Positions 8,243-10,515 of a stretch of 10,515 nt of DNA are shown here, one piece after another (the stretch's first letter is position 1; every line of letters begins with the position of its first letter). The notes beneath the pieces were generated by a model that saw only the letters and a list, made by a program, of their open reading frames with translations, had not been told where the DNA came from and did not search any database. Both the position numbers and the translations under genes were made by a program. The DNA is taken from positions 1 through 10,515 of the forward strand of contig CBDDTI010000461.1 of assembly GCA_965233585.1 (NCBI GenBank), written 5' to 3'. The DNA comes from a bacterium. GTDB taxonomy: Bacteria; SAR324; NAC60-12.

Positions 8243-8837
8243 TACGGTGCCCATTAATACGGTGCCCATTAAGGGCCATGGTATAATGACATATTTTTGA
8301 ACTGGCGATTCGCCACTTTGAACTGGCGATCGCCACTTTGAACTTGCGGTTCGCCTTTTTGAACTGGCGATCGCCACTTTGAACTGGCGATCGCCACTTT
8401 GAACTGGCGATCGCCACTTTGAACTGGCGATTCGCCACTTTGAACTGGCGATCGCCACTTTGAACTGGCGATTCGCCACTTTGAACTGGCGATCGCCACT
8501 TGGAACTCATTATCGCCACTTTGAACTGGCGATCGCCACTTTGAACTTGCGGTTCGCCTTTTTGAACTGGCGATCGCCACTTTGAACTGGCGATCGCCAC
8601 TTTGAACTGGCGATCGCCACTTTGAACTGGCGATTCGCCACTTTGAACTGGCGATCGCCACTTTGAACTGGCGATTCGCCACTTTGAACTGGCGATCGCC
8701 ACTTGGAACTCATTATCGCCACTTTGAACTGGCGATCGTCACTTTGAACTGGCGATTCGCCACTTTGAACTGGCGAACGCCACTTTGAACTGGCGACTCG
8801 CCACTTTGAACTGGCGATCGCCACTTTGAACTGGCGA
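8243..8837. repeat. Minisatellite array 1: leader plus ~26.6 units of TTTGAACTGGCGA(T)TCGCCAC
   Basis: Units of 20/21 bp run from 8296 to 8837. The 38-bp leader (8258-8295) is preceded by a 15-bp duplicate of its start (8243-8257). Units 2-11 (8317-8519) are repeated exactly as units 12-21 (8520-8722). Confidence 0.97.
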
Positions 8838-9732
8838 AAACGAAGGTCGTAAAGGGCACAATGCTAGTGTCAATGGACGTAACTAGCCTATATACTAACA
8901 TCCCACAGGAGGAAGGAATCAACATTCTATCATGTAAAACAAACGAAACAATCCACCTAAACAAACCTCCCATACCTTCCCTCTACATCAGAGATATGCT
9001 TAGGCTTATCTTAAAAGAAAACTCTTTCCATTTTAACGGCAAAAATTATCTTCAAACACATGGTACCGCAATGGGAACAAAAATGGCAGTCTCTTTTGCT
9101 AACATTTTCATGGCCGCGGTAGAAACAGAAATCATAAACCGGTAGCCACTTCAAGCCGCTCACGTGGAAAAGATATATAGATGATGTCTTTTCTCTATGG
9201 AACATAAAGAAAGAGGAAATAAACTCGTTTATAGAGCTAGCAAATAGCTATCATCCGACCATAAAATTCACGGCTGAGATTTCAGATAAAGAAATAACCT
9301 TCCTGGATACATGGGTATATAAGGGCGAAAGATTTAAGAAAGAATTCATTCTCGACGTGCGAACGCACTTCAAACCGACAGAAACTTTTCAATATACACA
9401 TTTCACCTCCTGCCACCCTCCAGGCGTCAGGAAAGGCTTTATCAAAGGCGAAGCCTTAAGACTTCTGAGAACCAACTCTTCAAAAGCTACATTTGAAGAA
9501 AACATTACACAATTCAAACTCAGATTACGCGACAGAGGTTATCCAGATAACCTTATAGAAAATATTATCTCAGAAATTATCTTTAGCGAAAGAATGTCTG
9601 CTCTACAAAATTAACAAAAAACGCGCAAAAGAGTTTTGCCGTTTGTTACAGAATATCGCCCATCTGTGCCTTCTCTTAAAAACATTCTTATGAGTAAATG
9701 GCATTTAATAGAAAATCAGCCTCTACTAAGAG
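8836..9732 (+). pseudogene. Penelope-like (Neptune-like) reverse transcriptase fragment, copy 1
   Basis: LVSMDVTSLYTNIP, YLQTHGTAMGTKMAVSFANIFM, a +1 frameshift near 9141-9143, then WKRYIDDVF (YIDD at 9174-9185), ITFLD and HFKPTETFQYTHFTSCHP. In-frame TAA at 9612-9614, then LPFVTEYRP...QPLLR, cut off at 9732. Confidence 0.92.
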
Positions 9733-10048
9733 TACGGTGCCCATTAAGGGCCATGGTATAATGACATATTTTTGAACTGGCGATTCGCCACTTTGAACTG
9801 GCGACTCGCCACTTTGAACTGACGATCGCCACTTAAAATTGGCGATCGCCACTTTGAACTGGCGATCGCCACTTTCAACTGGCGATTCGCCACTTTCAAC
9901 TGGCGATTCGCCACTTTCAACTGGCGATCGCCACTTTCAACTGGCGATCGCCACTTTCAACTGGCGATCGCTTCTTTGAACTGGCGATTGCCACTTTAAA
10001 CTGGCGATTCGCCACTTTGAACGGGCGGTCTCCACTTTGAACTCGCCA
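9733..10048. repeat. Minisatellite array 2: same 38-bp leader plus ~13.6 more diverged units
   Basis: 9733-9770 is identical to 8258-8295. Units span 9771-10048, including a run of five TTTCAAC variants, and decay towards the right end. Confidence 0.95.
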
Positions 10049-10119
10049 ATATGCCGCTGACCTTGTGATTGCTGGCGTAAGTAGCATCATGGCGTCCAAG
10101 TCGCCACCATGATTTAAAT

Positions 10120-10322
10120 GGTGGAGAGGCCAAACACGACTCCTATTGGTCAAGATAAGAAGACTTTGACCTTCAAAGCTTTGCTCTAACGAGCACGTTT
10201 TTCAAAGACCTCCCTTTTCTGTATGAAAGCAGGGGAGGTTCTTTATAGATCTCTCTTAGTAGAGGCTGATTTTCTATTAAATGCCATTCACTCATAAGAA
10301 TGTTTTTAAGACAAGGCACAGA
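10120..10322 (-). mobile_element. Inverted 3' end of the second PLE family (ORF C-terminus and start of 3' UTR)
   Basis: 10253-10322 is the reverse complement of 9663-9732 (2 mismatches in 70). It continues EIYKEPPLLSYRKGRSLKNVLVRAKL* with the stop at 10173-10175. The left boundary is approximate. Confidence 0.85.
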
Positions 10323-10515
10323 AAACGAAGGTCGCAAAGGGCACAATGCTAGTGTCAATGGACGCAACCAGCCTATATACTAAAATCCCACAGGAGGAAG
10401 GAATCAACATTGCATGTACGAAACATTCCACCCAAACAAACCTCCCACACCTTCCCTCTACCTCAGAGATATGCTTAGGCTTATCTTAAAAGAAAACTTT
10501 TTCCATTTTAACGGC
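10321..10515 (+). pseudogene. Penelope-like RT fragment, copy 2 (runs off the window)
   Basis: Aligns to 8836-9040, starting at the same GAAAACGAAGGTCG, with several substitutions and ~10 bp net deletion that breaks the frame. Confidence 0.9.

Noticed and set aside
8189..8824. Repetitive ORFs (SSKWRSPVQSGDRQFKVAIA...), also at 9917-10153
   Set aside because: They arise because the minus strand of the repeat lacks stops; mixed 20/21-bp units keep shifting frame, so there is no sign of coding constraint.
8258..8837. CRISPR-like array (palindromic repeats behind a leader)
   Set aside because: Units are contiguous with no unique spacers, no cas genes are present, and the context is eukaryotic transposon DNA.
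8296..10048. GCGATCGC matches cyanobacterial HIP1, suggesting contamination
   Set aside because: The octamer occurs only as the centre of the satellite unit; the flanks are SINE, LINE and PLE sequence.

Overview
AT-rich eukaryotic DNA made almost entirely of mobile elements and repeats. The repeat types suggest a marine invertebrate, probably an anthozoan or coral (inference). No intact host gene is supported. Main contents: (1) a young Penelope/Poseidon-type retroelement insertion (2229-4526) with a ~0.9 kb inverted 3' copy, a 5'-truncated RT+GIY-YIG ORF carrying one nonsense codon, two minimal hammerhead ribozymes and a 16-19 bp target-site duplication; (2) a second Penelope-like RT family (8836-10515) whose ORF ends at LVRAKL* with no C-terminal endonuclease, interleaved with two arrays of a palindromic 20/21-bp unit that share a 38-bp leader, with a degenerate hammerhead next to the first array; (3) three largely sequence-unrelated ~300-bp non-coding elements plus one truncated copy, all with the same architecture: short 5' inverted repeat, GATTGG motif, internal copy of the inverted repeat, and a long terminal hairpin with TC/TC mismatches (GA/GA on the minus strand) and, in the two intact apices, a GNA triloop; (4) two tRNA-derived SINE copies, several MITEs, an L2/CR1-group LINE 3' fragment and an old local duplication.
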